From Candidatus Saccharimonadales bacterium (GTDB taxonomy: Bacteria > Patescibacteriota > Saccharimonadia > Saccharimonadales > 2-12-FULL-41-12): DNA of 64,000 nucleotides. This document shows positions 8,929 through 19,154 of this stretch, piece after piece. The position numbers and the translations under genes were made by a program. The notes under the pieces were generated by a model that worked only from the letters and a program-made list of their open reading frames with translations, did no database searches and had not been told where the DNA came from. Each line of letters starts with the position of its first letter. Positions within the stretch are counted from its first letter, which is position 1. Location: positions 3,345 through 67,344 of the forward strand of contig JBFIJM010000003.1 of the NCBI GenBank assembly GCA_041600715.1, read 5' to 3'.

Positions 8929-9246
8929 TTAAAGTATTCCGCATTCAACAAGCAAGTCCATACAGATATATAACATACATAAAAACACCATCTGTATAGA
9001 TGTACCTTTTGTATTTGGACAAACGCCATCAGTAGTATCGCTGAATTTCTCAAGGACACTATTAATAAATAGGTCGCTGAATATTATCATACCTATTATA
9101 AATAACCAAAACGTTTTTTTAAAGGATATTTTACAAAATAGATCTGCAAACATGCCGGGGAAATCGTCTCGTTTTTTTACTCCTGCCGACTCTTCTTCAT
9201 TCTCTTCATCGTATGTCTCGTCTAATGTTTCCGAATCTTTAGGCAT
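8929..9246 (-). CDS. small membrane protein with an acidic N-terminus
   Basis: 105-aa ORF with hydrophobic segments FWLFIIGMIIFSDLFI and MVFLCMLYICMDLLV. Confidence 0.55.
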   Translation of the reverse strand: MPKDSETLDETYDEENEEESAGVKKRDDFPGMFADLFCKISFKKTFWLFIIGMIIFSDLFINSVLEKFSDTTDGVCPNTKGTSIQMVFLCMLYICMDLLVECGIL

Positions 9247-9272
9247 ACTTATATATTATAATATATAAGTAT
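9245..9272. promoter_or_regulatory. 28-nt perfect palindrome filling the divergent intergenic gap (TATATA-type in both directions)
   Basis: atacttatatattataatatataagtat equals its own reverse complement. It is flanked by cat (9244-9246) and atg (9273-9275). Confidence 0.7.
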
Positions 9273-9941
9273 ATGAAAAACATCATATGTATATTGGCAT
9301 TAATACTTATTATATGGTCGACGTGTGGTACGTCCAGAGCAGGCTCTTATAGAATCGATCCGTTTACAGGTGAACATCCTATCCGGTCAGAGATCGACAA
9401 TAGAATTTATAAAGTTATCGAATCATATGGTAAGGGTCCAAATGCGGTTGTCGGTGGTATGCCTAAAGACGCTGCGGACACATTGGCCAAGATGAATATT
9501 TTTCTACAAGGTGTCGTTGAATATATGAAGAACAAATATATCATACGCAAGGAAGGTTCTACAAATGATCAAGTTTTTGTAAAGCGGATGGTACGTAGGT
9601 ATAACCCCGATGTTGTTGTTGAAAACAATCCAGAAGGGGTAGAAAATACTAGTTTCGTTGTTAATAAAGGGGATACTATTGCATTTTGCCTGCGAGAGGC
9701 GACCTTTGGGACTGATCAAATCCATCAGATAAAAATATTAAAGTTCGTTGCCCTACACGAGCTTGCCCATATAGGGTCCAAACCATACGGACACGATGCG
9801 ACCTTTTGGTCTGATTTTAAGTTCATACTGCAAAATGCCGCAGAATCTGGTTTGTATAATCCGATCGACTACAATCAATTTCCTGATAGATACTGTGGAA
9901 TTGACATAACTTATAACCCTTTATTTGACGAGGCATTATAA
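9273..9941 (+). CDS. putative secreted or membrane zinc metallopeptidase (HExxH; WLM/DUF45-like context)
   Basis: N-terminal signal-like MKNIICILALILIIWSTCGTSRA; the active-site-like block is ALHELAHIGSKPYGHDATFW. Confidence 0.5.
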   Translation: MKNIICILALILIIWSTCGTSRAGSYRIDPFTGEHPIRSEIDNRIYKVIESYGKGPNAVVGGMPKDAADTLAKMNIFLQGVVEYMKNKYIIRKEGSTNDQVFVKRMVRRYNPDVVVENNPEGVENTSFVVNKGDTIAFCLREATFGTDQIHQIKILKFVALHELAHIGSKPYGHDATFWSDFKFILQNAAESGLYNPIDYNQFPDRYCGIDITYNPLFDEAL

Positions 9942-9956
9942 AAAAAATTGATTTTT
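9940..9956 (+). promoter_or_regulatory. extended early-type module A8-TTGA-T5
   Basis: aaaaaaaattgattttt overlaps the stop of the upstream gene; the TTGA core is 28 nt upstream of the ATG at 9980. Confidence 0.55.
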
Positions 9957-9979
9957 ACGGGACTAGTTAATGCCTTCTT

Positions 9980-10246
9980 ATGTCCAACGACACAAAGACT
10001 TTGGCTGCTTTGGCTGCTTTGACTGCTTTGGCAGAGTTTGCAAATGGAGATGATGTTAGCAACATACTTCTCAAATTTGCCGAGAAATGTGGAAAGCCTG
10101 GATTTGACCTTGTTTCATGTCGAACGTTTCTGCAAACAAGGCCTGGCGCGAATGTTCCTAACCACATAGTATTTATGCTGTTACAGATGTTGGACATCAC
10201 GTCGCAGACTATTCGCGAAACCAATGAGATGATCCAACGATATTAG
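9980..10246 (+). CDS. small hypothetical protein with an Ala/Leu/Thr-rich N-terminal leader
   Basis: 88 aa, MSNDTKTLAALAALTALAEFA... It is preferred over the antisense ORF 9967-10224 because of the sense-oriented TTGA module upstream and the T9 tract downstream. Confidence 0.5.
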   Translation: MSNDTKTLAALAALTALAEFANGDDVSNILLKFAEKCGKPGFDLVSCRTFLQTRPGANVPNHIVFMLLQMLDITSQTIRETNEMIQRY

Positions 10247-10254
10247 AAGTAGTA

Positions 10255-10263
10255 TTTTTTTTT
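10255..10263 (+). terminator. T9 tract
   Basis: It lies 8 nt after the stop at 10246 and 13 nt before the next ATG. Confidence 0.55.
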
Positions 10264-10276
10264 ATACAATTATATA

Positions 10277-13200
10277 ATGGATTTTTCTAACACTCCCATT
10301 AAACTGAATGTATATAATCGCCATGGAGATCTTGTAAAAATACATGTACTCCTAGGGCATGCCCCAGACGATGTAAGAAAAGCCATCATGCAATATAAAA
10401 AATCAAAATCTGGGACGAAGACGCTTGAGAAGTACTATGGGAAAGATTGGAAAGCTAAATTAGCATTCACAACCTCCGTCGATGGCGGAGGAAATAATGA
10501 TGACGATGACGATGACGGTGACGGTGACGATGACGTTGACGGTGATAGTGGTGAAGCCGCAATAACTGAACTAGAAAAGGTTGAAGAAGCTGAGAGCAAC
10601 TTTAATTTTGATTTCGAGGAGAGAATACCCAACTTAAAAGACGGTGTTGACATCGCCGATATTAGCCAAATAGAAACGGAACCTCATAACGTAACGCCTC
10701 CGTCGATCGTCGACCCCGATGAATATAATCATGTAACAAGAGCAACCGAACGAATACGTGACTCTAAACTCATTGGATCATCCGACTCCACATATAGTGA
10801 CCCTGAAGACGAAAGTCAAGAATCTACTTTATTAAGGGAAGTAGATGATATCTTGGATGGTAAAAAAATAAACCTGATCCAGGTTGGCAAAACTAAGACC
10901 CCTACCCCTACCCCTACCCTAATCGGTAAAGCCAGCATGCCCAGCAAATTCACGACCGTAGAATTCGTCGATATGTATGTTGACCCAAGTGATAATGTGT
11001 ATACATTTAAAAAGAAGATAAGCTTAATTCTTAACATGCCTATTTATAGGCAGCATATTTGGGTCTTACGTAATTCAATTACGCACCCTCTCAGTTACAA
11101 AATAGAAGTTGCATCTTCGTTAATCGATGTTGATATTCGGCAGATGATGAATTTTGAGGGTGAACAAGTTGAGAATATACCAATTATCCAAAAAAGTTAC
11201 CAAATGAAGGATGAAATCATAATAAAAGGATACGATTCATTCAAAATTATGGATTCTTATCTGCACCGTGGTGAGGTGTCGTTTAATGTAATTGATATAA
11301 ATGAATTTATGCCATCTAGAGATATCCTTAACACCTTTGCTAAGGATAAATATAAATTAGAGCTTGTATACTTTGGGTTTGTTATTCTATTCTGGCCGAT
11401 GATTACCTTATCAGTATTTTCAGAGTTTATTATTGGACCTATAGATAAATTCTACCCAGACCTCCATCCCGATGAAGAAACTTTGAAGAAGGGAATGCAG
11501 CTTAGTAACGATATTTTTGTCAATAGATCTGAAATATTATCTAATCCGGTCCGGCTAAACATGATTCAGTCAAAGTTAGAGAGTTCAATTACATACTCCA
11601 TGATAAGAGTGTCGTCGGAAATAGAGCAAATTGACATTTTATCGTTGAGGAATCTATTCGATTTACTCGAACTTTCCGCAATAATGCCATGGTGTAAATG
11701 TATTTTATCAAGAGATTACTATAGCAATTTTATCTTCGAAAAGACATTTCGAAATACCAAAGGTATCGGAGAAGTAATAACGACTCCGTCTGTGGTTATA
11801 AAATTGGTACCAGACGGAAAATCCGTCCAATACATGCAATTAAATATTTACTCCAACGGAAATTATACAATTAAATCTTTTTGGCGCGAAGAACAATATT
11901 ACGGATTTGATGACATACATAACGCTGTTGCTAAAATGGTAAATCCACTTCTTACCAAAATTAATAAATTACATGTGTTCTTCGATACACGCAGACTTAG
12001 ACTGATGGATAAAAATAATAGCAAATTTTCCGAGATTAATACCAGTATTTTTTATAGGCGAGCGATGACAGACAAAGAATTTATTAAATTAGAAAAACAG
12101 CTTCGAATATTCCAGGAAGCGGGGTTTATCGACGGGAAAGACTCGGACGGGAATACATTGGAGTATTATTTCACCAAAGGAATGTACCAACATGATATTA
12201 GTCGTATCGATAATAACATACAGACTAAGAATTACTACGAGTATTTGTCGGACGGAAATATTAAACAGAAATGGGATACCATTTTCCGCAAAACACGCTT
12301 AACCAAATTTATGCACAGATTTTCTGACGTTAGGATCGATATATCTGGAGTTAAAGAAAAAGAGTTCCCTATATTCTACGGATTAATAATTACCCTGTTA
12401 TATATGTACGAAAAAAATGCAGGCCCTTTAAAGAGTAAACCGGACCCTGGTGCGGATGATTCTGAAATAAAAGTAGCCAAAAAGAAACTAACCCATCTTA
12501 AAGACCAAGACCCGTTACTGTATGACTTTAAAAAAATATATAAATCTAATGTTATATATTCTAAGAAATGCCAAAAAGCTTACCAGCCATCGATTTTATC
12601 CAGGGACGAATTAGGTAAACTGACTGCTGGGCAGAAGAATAAAATGGTTAAGTATTGGAATTTTACAACGAATGAACCTGCTTATTATACTTGCCCGAAC
12701 CCAAAATACCCATATATAAAGTTCATGGTAAAGGAGCACCCTAAGGATTACTGTATTCCATGCTGTAAAAAAACCCCTGTCTCTACCGACTCCACGAATC
12801 CACGGACAATAATACACAATATATGCCTTAAAGACCATGTCTATGCTGCTGAGAAAAAAACTATAACAGTAGGGTCAAAATATATTATGTCATATGGTAA
12901 AGATGTAGAACAAGGGCGACTATCTAAGTTGCCAGAACATAGTATTGAACCATTGTTCTACGAGACATATTCTACAGAGGGGAAAGGTGGTGTTGATAAA
13001 GAATGTGACATATCAGATGGTTATTATATTTATGGTGTTAATCAAACTACACGAAGTATGAATAATGTTGGATATATTTATTGTATAAGTCATGGATTAG
13101 ATCGACCAGTGAGTGAGTTACTTCGGTTATTTTTGGATAAATTAGTGGAATCCCCGCATATATTCAAGATTTTGATCGGCGGAAAAACAACCTATTATTT

Positions 13201-14767
13201 TAAGGGATTTGAGCAATTTATAGATGTATATAGAGATATTTTTCTTAACGACACTGGCGACATCGAATTATTCCCCGATTGGTACTCAGAAGTTCCCTGG
13301 AACGATATTTTTATACATCTGACCAGGCTTTTTCTACAAATCAACACTGTACATTTTTATGATAATGGGAGGGACGTTATTTTACGAGTACCTGTTGGAA
13401 TCACAAGTAGTCAGAATTACCTAATAGGGTATAAAAATATTATAGTTATTCAGAAAAAGAAAAAGTTCTACCCCATATACTTGCTAAATGTGGAAGTATT
13501 TTTCAAAGCGTCGATTATCGATGTAAAATTATTTTCTGACACCAATAGTATTATAAAAAACATCCAGATCATTGTGAAAAAAAATATGAATAGTCTATCG
13601 AAAGGATTAGTAGTTAAAAAAAACTTGGACCTTCACGGTGTCATGAGCTTCGCCAAATCTTCCAAGTATAAAATTACTAAGCTTTATGTTAATAAAGCAG
13701 ATATGTGTTGGGGTGTGACTGTCAATGGTTGTATATTTGTACCGGTATATCCGTCGCATTATACACCCCATGATAATATAGAATACTCTCCGTTGAATAG
13801 AAAAAAAGACGTCTGCTCATTTAAACAGCTCAATGATTTTTTATGGACGTACAATAAATGGGTAAATACTGAGAGCGAGCAAAAAAATATTATACCAGAA
13901 CTCCCCCCGGTATATCCTAATATTCAAATACAGAAATGGATTCAATTAGGCAACCATATAATTGGATTTATCGATACACATAGACATATGTGGTATTTTC
14001 AACCAATCAATCCGGGCAAAGCTATGAAAATAAAGAAGACCGGCATTTATAAAATGTTGTTTGACCCATACGAGGTCAACTTAAAAATATACAAACAAAT
14101 GACTAATATTTCCACTACTTCCACTACTTCGAAAGATTCCACTAAGAGCAATACAAACACTTGTCTTTACAATTACTATCTTTATAAATTATTCTTGCTG
14201 AAATTTATGGAGTATTTAAGTACAAAGAAAAATACAAGTGTCCGCAGAAAAATTAAGAAAGCCATCTTAATGAGATCGAAGGAAAAATCTGACGAGACTT
14301 TGCGGGCAATACTTGATGACCAAGACTATCAAAAAATAAAAACGCAATGGGTAGAAAATAAAAAAGTAATGTTCGCAAACATAAACTTGACCAATTATAA
14401 TTTTGATAAGACTCGGTTCGATGAAAAAACACAAGACCAAACAGATGCATTTTTAAAAACTGCTGTTCGTTCGTTTACAAAAATAATAACTCCTTCTGAG
14501 GTTAAAAATATCGAATTTACAAATATCTACACTGATAAGTCGGCCAACTTTTACGACAAGTCGGGGTCTTTAAAACTTACTAAACATCGGCTTGATGATT
14601 TTATTGAGATACTTTCAAGTGATTTGCGGAATCCAACGAAGAGTAAGTGGATTTTTGAAGACGTTCTTGCTGATCCAACAGTCAAACAATTTCAATTTAT
14701 CAGGCGACTCGATGAAAAAATATTTATATCTATTGGGGAGAAATTTAAAAGATATTCATCTGTATAA
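10277..14767 (+). CDS. large transcription-factor-like protein, probably an A7-type early transcription factor large subunit (ASFV G1340L class), with beta-grasp-like N-terminal segments
   Basis: 1496 aa. KCQKAYQP and YYTCPNPKYPYIKFMVKEHPKDYCIPCCKK resemble the vaccinia A7 blocks RICQNTKNKNRKP and FTCMDP..KYCIPCCF as I recall them. aattatata abuts the ATG. Confidence 0.45.
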   Translation: MDFSNTPIKLNVYNRHGDLVKIHVLLGHAPDDVRKAIMQYKKSKSGTKTLEKYYGKDWKAKLAFTTSVDGGGNNDDDDDDGDGDDDVDGDSGEAAITELEKVEEAESNFNFDFEERIPNLKDGVDIADISQIETEPHNVTPPSIVDPDEYNHVTRATERIRDSKLIGSSDSTYSDPEDESQESTLLREVDDILDGKKINLIQVGKTKTPTPTPTLIGKASMPSKFTTVEFVDMYVDPSDNVYTFKKKISLILNMPIYRQHIWVLRNSITHPLSYKIEVASSLIDVDIRQMMNFEGEQVENIPIIQKSYQMKDEIIIKGYDSFKIMDSYLHRGEVSFNVIDINEFMPSRDILNTFAKDKYKLELVYFGFVILFWPMITLSVFSEFIIGPIDKFYPDLHPDEETLKKGMQLSNDIFVNRSEILSNPVRLNMIQSKLESSITYSMIRVSSEIEQIDILSLRNLFDLLELSAIMPWCKCILSRDYYSNFIFEKTFRNTKGIGEVITTPSVVIKLVPDGKSVQYMQLNIYSNGNYTIKSFWREEQYYGFDDIHNAVAKMVNPLLTKINKLHVFFDTRRLRLMDKNNSKFSEINTSIFYRRAMTDKEFIKLEKQLRIFQEAGFIDGKDSDGNTLEYYFTKGMYQHDISRIDNNIQTKNYYEYLSDGNIKQKWDTIFRKTRLTKFMHRFSDVRIDISGVKEKEFPIFYGLIITLLYMYEKNAGPLKSKPDPGADDSEIKVAKKKLTHLKDQDPLLYDFKKIYKSNVIYSKKCQKAYQPSILSRDELGKLTAGQKNKMVKYWNFTTNEPAYYTCPNPKYPYIKFMVKEHPKDYCIPCCKKTPVSTDSTNPRTIIHNICLKDHVYAAEKKTITVGSKYIMSYGKDVEQGRLSKLPEHSIEPLFYETYSTEGKGGVDKECDISDGYYIYGVNQTTRSMNNVGYIYCISHGLDRPVSELLRLFLDKLVESPHIFKILIGGKTTYYFKGFEQFIDVYRDIFLNDTGDIELFPDWYSEVPWNDIFIHLTRLFLQINTVHFYDNGRDVILRVPVGITSSQNYLIGYKNIIVIQKKKKFYPIYLLNVEVFFKASIIDVKLFSDTNSIIKNIQIIVKKNMNSLSKGLVVKKNLDLHGVMSFAKSSKYKITKLYVNKADMCWGVTVNGCIFVPVYPSHYTPHDNIEYSPLNRKKDVCSFKQLNDFLWTYNKWVNTESEQKNIIPELPPVYPNIQIQKWIQLGNHIIGFIDTHRHMWYFQPINPGKAMKIKKTGIYKMLFDPYEVNLKIYKQMTNISTTSTTSKDSTKSNTNTCLYNYYLYKLFLLKFMEYLSTKKNTSVRRKIKKAILMRSKEKSDETLRAILDDQDYQKIKTQWVENKKVMFANINLTNYNFDKTRFDEKTQDQTDAFLKTAVRSFTKIITPSEVKNIEFTNIYTDKSANFYDKSGSLKLTKHRLDDFIEILSSDLRNPTKSKWIFEDVLADPTVKQFQFIRRLDEKIFISIGEKFKRYSSV

Positions 14768-17218
14768 AAATTGCATATCAATATCAACAAATCCGTCCAT
14801 TATAGATATTACTCCACCACTCTGAAGTTCATACATAGTTTTATCAGCTGTCAGATTTAACATTGGTGACGATATTATTATGTTCGTCGGAATCATTGAT
14901 GGACTGGACGACGGGCCTCCCCGGACATCCTTGCCAGCAACAGGTACATAAGTTGTCAGGGGGCTCCTAACGAATATTTTTTGATTTCTATAAGATAAAT
15001 AGTAAGATCTACCTCTCTCATTCCAAGTAGCTAAGTTTAGCCGATAACCTGATAATATGGCTTTCTTAATTTTAATCACCTCATCAATGCCCTCTTTGAC
15101 GTTAGATTTATATATTTTACTAAAATTATAAGTACCTTTAGGCATACCTAGACCGTTATAGAAAGGGTTTAATCCACTTTCTAACATGCTATCGATTATT
15201 TCATCCCGAAAGGACACAGCAGACATAAGATTAACGTATTTTATGTCATTATTATCACACCATTGATGAACCTTTTCAACGGCTCCTTTACTATACGACA
15301 TGATTTCCATGAACTCATCCCAGGCAAATAAAATATCGATAAACTCGTCAGCTATAATTGTCCGATTGTAAAATGATGCTTCCGCGCCTTTTCCAATCAC
15401 CTCCCGAAGTTTATATTTCCGCCCAAAAACCATCCCTATAGACAAAACAGCTGAAATAGTTACTAAATCTAAAATATTACAACCGTGGGTGTACCCAGCC
15501 ATGATCATTCGTATATTTTCCATAGACAGTCTCCTAAAATACGTCGATAACACACCTAGAATAGTGGGGTTACAATATGAATCAATAAACCCAAGCACAT
15601 ATAATTTTTCTAACGAATATATGTAACTGCGTGCTGATGGCGATTCTATAAAGTCAAAATGTCTAATATTAATATCTTTCTCAATATTAAGCTTGTAATA
15701 GGTTTTATCAGAGAATATATGCTTCTGAAATAAATGTATATGAGTAAATTCTTTAGTCGAACTAAGTGTGTCCGCACCAAGAGCTGCTTTTGTCTCTGAA
15801 TCCAAAGCTCCGTCAAATGTAGCCCCAGAATCTTTAACTATAATATTCATTAGGAGATCTGTAATGTCATCTACAATAAGTTTGGCAAAGACATCTGTGT
15901 CAAATCCATCATACGCTTCTTTCGTGTAACATGGATACCAATAACCAACGGCTTTGCGGCCGACTCGACCCTTTCTTTGTAGTGCTGAGCTTTGTGATAC
16001 GTTTTTTTTAATGATCATTCCCACGCCAATATCAGCATTAAACTCGGCTTCCTTTACCCACCCGGTGTCGATGCAGTATTTCAACGTATTTATAGTAACC
16101 CCAGTCTCAGCTAGGTTAGTTGATATTACGACTCGTCTCGAAGGGACGACGAATTTTTCACCATATCCAACACTGATGGGGAGTCTAATAAATTTAACGT
16201 TGGAGTATAATTTATGATATTCTTTACCACCTTGTCGAAAACTTGCGCTTGTTAATATTATAGGTACAATATAATATTTTTCCTTGATCTCCGACGAGTA
16301 CACCTCTCGATTATACCTGTTCACCGAGTCATGAATAGCTTTAGCATCTCCAAGTCCACCGACAAACACAATAATATCTTTGATTTTGTCTTTTAAGTCA
16401 AAGATATTTTCCTTATGTATCTCGATGACTTTGTCTGAAGCATACTGAATATAATCGTCAGGTGTATACTTTGGAAAGAATTCCTTAATAACATGCGCCT
16501 CCCCTTTTACTTGAATAAAATTATCAATAGGTACTTCGAAATAGTCTATAAATGTTTTCTGAATAAATGTTGCACTCATAAAGATAAAAAGCGGACATCT
16601 CAGGTCTTCCCAATGGATTTTTAGAAATTCTCTTACAAGGAATAAAAGAGAATCCAGAGCCTTTTCTCGAATATGAATCTCGTCAATTAGTATAAATTGA
16701 TATCTCTTCATAATTTGCTCGGGTGTCAATTTACGGAAAATAACACTAAACGTATCGATATTAACAAATAAAACTCCAGGTTCTCGACTCCGTTTAGTAA
16801 TTACACCCGTTTGATACCCTAAATTCTTCCCGAATTCCATGAACGGACTAAACTCAGGAAGGCTCATGGCAATATCAATGGTATTAAGAATCCTTGGTTG
16901 AGTAACTATTATAGATTTTTTTTGCCGATGGAAGAACCTCTTATACAGTTCAGATGGTATTGTTGTACTTTTACCAGCGCCCGTCCCGGCCTTGATAAGT
17001 ATTATTTTATCACCATATCCTTTTGCCTTTAGTGTGGGAGATGTACCCGTTGTCTTTGGAGTTCTAACTGAAATAAAATCCATGATGTAATCTAACGCGA
17101 CAACATCTTGTAATTTTTTACTCTCTCGGCTTGTTATTTTTTTTGACGGTATAATTTGCCCCTTCCTCAAGAGAGTAATGCAACTTTCTTTTGATATGTC
17201 GGAACATTCGATAGACAT
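14756..17218 (-). CDS. DEAH-box RNA helicase (vaccinia I8/NPH-II, ASFV B962L class)
   Basis: Motifs AGTGAGKST, TQPRIL, DEIH, SAT, TNLAETGVTI and QRKGRVGR. The start is moved to Met15 (17218), which is preceded by tattatatacacta. Confidence 0.85.
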   Translation of the reverse strand: MSIECSDISKESCITLLRKGQIIPSKKITSRESKKLQDVVALDYIMDFISVRTPKTTGTSPTLKAKGYGDKIILIKAGTGAGKSTTIPSELYKRFFHRQKKSIIVTQPRILNTIDIAMSLPEFSPFMEFGKNLGYQTGVITKRSREPGVLFVNIDTFSVIFRKLTPEQIMKRYQFILIDEIHIREKALDSLLFLVREFLKIHWEDLRCPLFIFMSATFIQKTFIDYFEVPIDNFIQVKGEAHVIKEFFPKYTPDDYIQYASDKVIEIHKENIFDLKDKIKDIIVFVGGLGDAKAIHDSVNRYNREVYSSEIKEKYYIVPIILTSASFRQGGKEYHKLYSNVKFIRLPISVGYGEKFVVPSRRVVISTNLAETGVTINTLKYCIDTGWVKEAEFNADIGVGMIIKKNVSQSSALQRKGRVGRKAVGYWYPCYTKEAYDGFDTDVFAKLIVDDITDLLMNIIVKDSGATFDGALDSETKAALGADTLSSTKEFTHIHLFQKHIFSDKTYYKLNIEKDINIRHFDFIESPSARSYIYSLEKLYVLGFIDSYCNPTILGVLSTYFRRLSMENIRMIMAGYTHGCNILDLVTISAVLSIGMVFGRKYKLREVIGKGAEASFYNRTIIADEFIDILFAWDEFMEIMSYSKGAVEKVHQWCDNNDIKYVNLMSAVSFRDEIIDSMLESGLNPFYNGLGMPKGTYNFSKIYKSNVKEGIDEVIKIKKAILSGYRLNLATWNERGRSYYLSYRNQKIFVRSPLTTYVPVAGKDVRGGPSSSPSMIPTNIIISSPMLNLTADKTMYELQSGGVISIMDGFVDIDMQFLYR

Positions 17219-17254
17219 TAGTGTATATAATATAGATCTAATTTTTTGATCCAG

Positions 17255-17983
17255 ATGCAAGATTCCGAATCTGGAGATTTGGGCAAGCGACCGGATAAAA
17301 AAATTAAATACGAGTGTTGTATATGTTTTACTAACGAAATTGACTCACTGTCTCCATGTGACCATGTATTTTGTCAAGAGTGTATATTTAAATGGGTCAA
17401 AAAGCACGTTTCTTGTCCAATATGTCGTTTTATATTTCACGAGGAAGAGATAATAAATGTACAAATCAATGAATCGCTTCAACAAGACAATGAAGATGAC
17501 GAATCAGCGCGAATCTCCTATTTACCCCCCGGCAAAATTCAAATAACCCCAGACAAACCTGTTGATAAGCCTAAATGTAATCTGCCACCGCAAATGCCTT
17601 TGCCACCGCAAATACCTTTGCCACCGCAAATACCTTTGCCACCGCAAATGTCTTTGCCACCACAAATACCTTTGCCACCACAAATGCAGCTGCCACTTCT
17701 CCCTCGTCAGCTAACCATCCCACCACAGATGCCACCACCACTTCTCCCTCGTCAGCTAACCATCCCACCACAAATGCCACCACCACTTCTCCCTCGTCAG
17801 CTAACCATCCCACCGATATGGGCAAATATCCAGCCACCGTGGGTTGATAGCGAAAATATTTATCGATCGCCCTTCCCTCCGCATCTACCCTATCCCTATC
17901 CATATCCGCCGCAACATTCCGGGTATAGACCTGTACCATCAAACCGAGGTGGTCGCCGTTCGATAATATTTTCCCCGTATTAA
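17255..17983 (+). CDS. C3HC4 RING-finger protein with a long Pro/Gln-rich repeat tail
   Basis: CCICFTNEIDSLSPCDHVFCQECIFKWVKKHVSCPICR. The track start (17246) is a TTG; the first ATG is at 17255. Confidence 0.8.
   Translation: MQDSESGDLGKRPDKKIKYECCICFTNEIDSLSPCDHVFCQECIFKWVKKHVSCPICRFIFHEEEIINVQINESLQQDNEDDESARISYLPPGKIQITPDKPVDKPKCNLPPQMPLPPQIPLPPQIPLPPQMSLPPQIPLPPQMQLPLLPRQLTIPPQMPPPLLPRQLTIPPQMPPPLLPRQLTIPPIWANIQPPWVDSENIYRSPFPPHLPYPYPYPPQHSGYRPVPSNRGGRRSIIFSPY
17585..17815. repeat. in-frame 18-nt (x6) and 45-nt (x2.7) tandem repeats coding PPQ(M/I)PL and PPLLPRQLTIPPQM
   Basis: Direct reading. It generates the antisense shadow ORF 17571-18035. Confidence 0.9.
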
Positions 17984-19089
17984 ATATACATGTTAAATAT
18001 AGGGTTATCATCTTTATCTGGTCTTTGCACGACATCTATTTTTTTGTTTAGTTTCCATACACCGTCTCCACACATGCGAAAATCTTCATATAAATCTGCC
18101 TGAAAAAATCTAAAGGGGTCCGCAGAATTATTAAAATATAATAGTTTCTTAAAGTGCTTGCATTTAGTTGCGTCTTGTGGGTATACAACTTCAACACACA
18201 TTGCGGCACGTTTCTTAGTCGGTTTGCCGTACCCATTCGATGCTCTTGTAAAATTACTAATTGCCGATTGTTCGTCGGCGAAAATGCTATTATGAACATT
18301 TTTCCGAAATTCAGAGTCAATTTCCTTGTCGTTTTGCGCCAATATGACAGTTGTTCCGTTGTAATGGCGAAATTCGTAGAAAATCTCCTTAATTACGGTG
18401 GACTTTTTAACCCAAGTTTTGAATCGACTGGCACAATCATCCAATAATAGGAGACATTGAGGATTGATGTATAGAAATCGAATAATAAGATTTTGTTTTT
18501 TTGTTAATGAAGAGTCTCGAGCAAGAGAATCTTTATGTTTGCTTATGCATATTTTGTAAATCCTGCGAAGTATTGAATCTCTAGTTTCAATAATGGCTAT
18601 CTTTTTTGATTTTTTCTCAGCGATGTTCAATGTATGAGATCGCATCGTATCCTTTAAAGATTTGTCGGCGCCCCGAACAGCTAGGTTGGCAAGTGCTTTG
18701 GCTCGCGTGTCGACAATTTTATCGAAAATAGACTTGAGATTCAGCACATTGTTAACCATATTATAGATGTTAGTGACATTTTTTTGTCTTACCAGGAGCT
18801 TTTGTAGAAAATCGATAGTGTCGTCGACGCTCGTTCCTGGTTTAATACATCGGCTTGGTATTTTATCAGTATATATGCCATTGGCGAAGTTAGTCGGGGC
18901 AATTACGAAAACCAAAGGAATATGATGATTTAAAAGGTACATTATTTCATTAAGAATCGTTGTTTTGCCTGATCCGGTCGGTCCGTATAACACCGTCATT
19001 CTATTCAAATACGTTTTATAGGTGGTATCTAACCATTTAAGTTTGCTTCCATCGGATAACAACAAGTAGTCTTTACCCTGCGTTTCCAT
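17980..19089 (-). CDS. A32-like genome packaging ATPase (ASFV B354L class)
   Basis: Walker A VLYGPTGSGKTT and Walker B LLLLDDCAS. The track start at 19110 is a GTG; the ATG at 19089 is preceded by aataatatacgg. Confidence 0.8.
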   Translation of the reverse strand: METQGKDYLLLSDGSKLKWLDTTYKTYLNRMTVLYGPTGSGKTTILNEIMYLLNHHIPLVFVIAPTNFANGIYTDKIPSRCIKPGTSVDDTIDFLQKLLVRQKNVTNIYNMVNNVLNLKSIFDKIVDTRAKALANLAVRGADKSLKDTMRSHTLNIAEKKSKKIAIIETRDSILRRIYKICISKHKDSLARDSSLTKKQNLIIRFLYINPQCLLLLDDCASRFKTWVKKSTVIKEIFYEFRHYNGTTVILAQNDKEIDSEFRKNVHNSIFADEQSAISNFTRASNGYGKPTKKRAAMCVEVVYPQDATKCKHFKKLLYFNNSADPFRFFQADLYEDFRMCGDGVWKLNKKIDVVQRPDKDDNPIFNMYI

Positions 19090-19154
19090 CCGTATATTAT
19101 TGTATTGCACTTTTATTTATCAGCAATTAAACATATTCCTAACGATTTGGGTAA

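Noticed and set aside
9967-10224. An 85-aa minus-strand ORF antisense to 9980-10246
   Set aside because: The promoter module orientation (TTGA pointing right) and the T9 tract after 10246 support the plus-strand ORF.
17571-18035. A 154-aa antisense ORF across the RING repeats and the A32 3-prime end
   Set aside because: It is a repeat shadow (VVGWLADEGEVVVA x3) and overlaps two well-supported genes.
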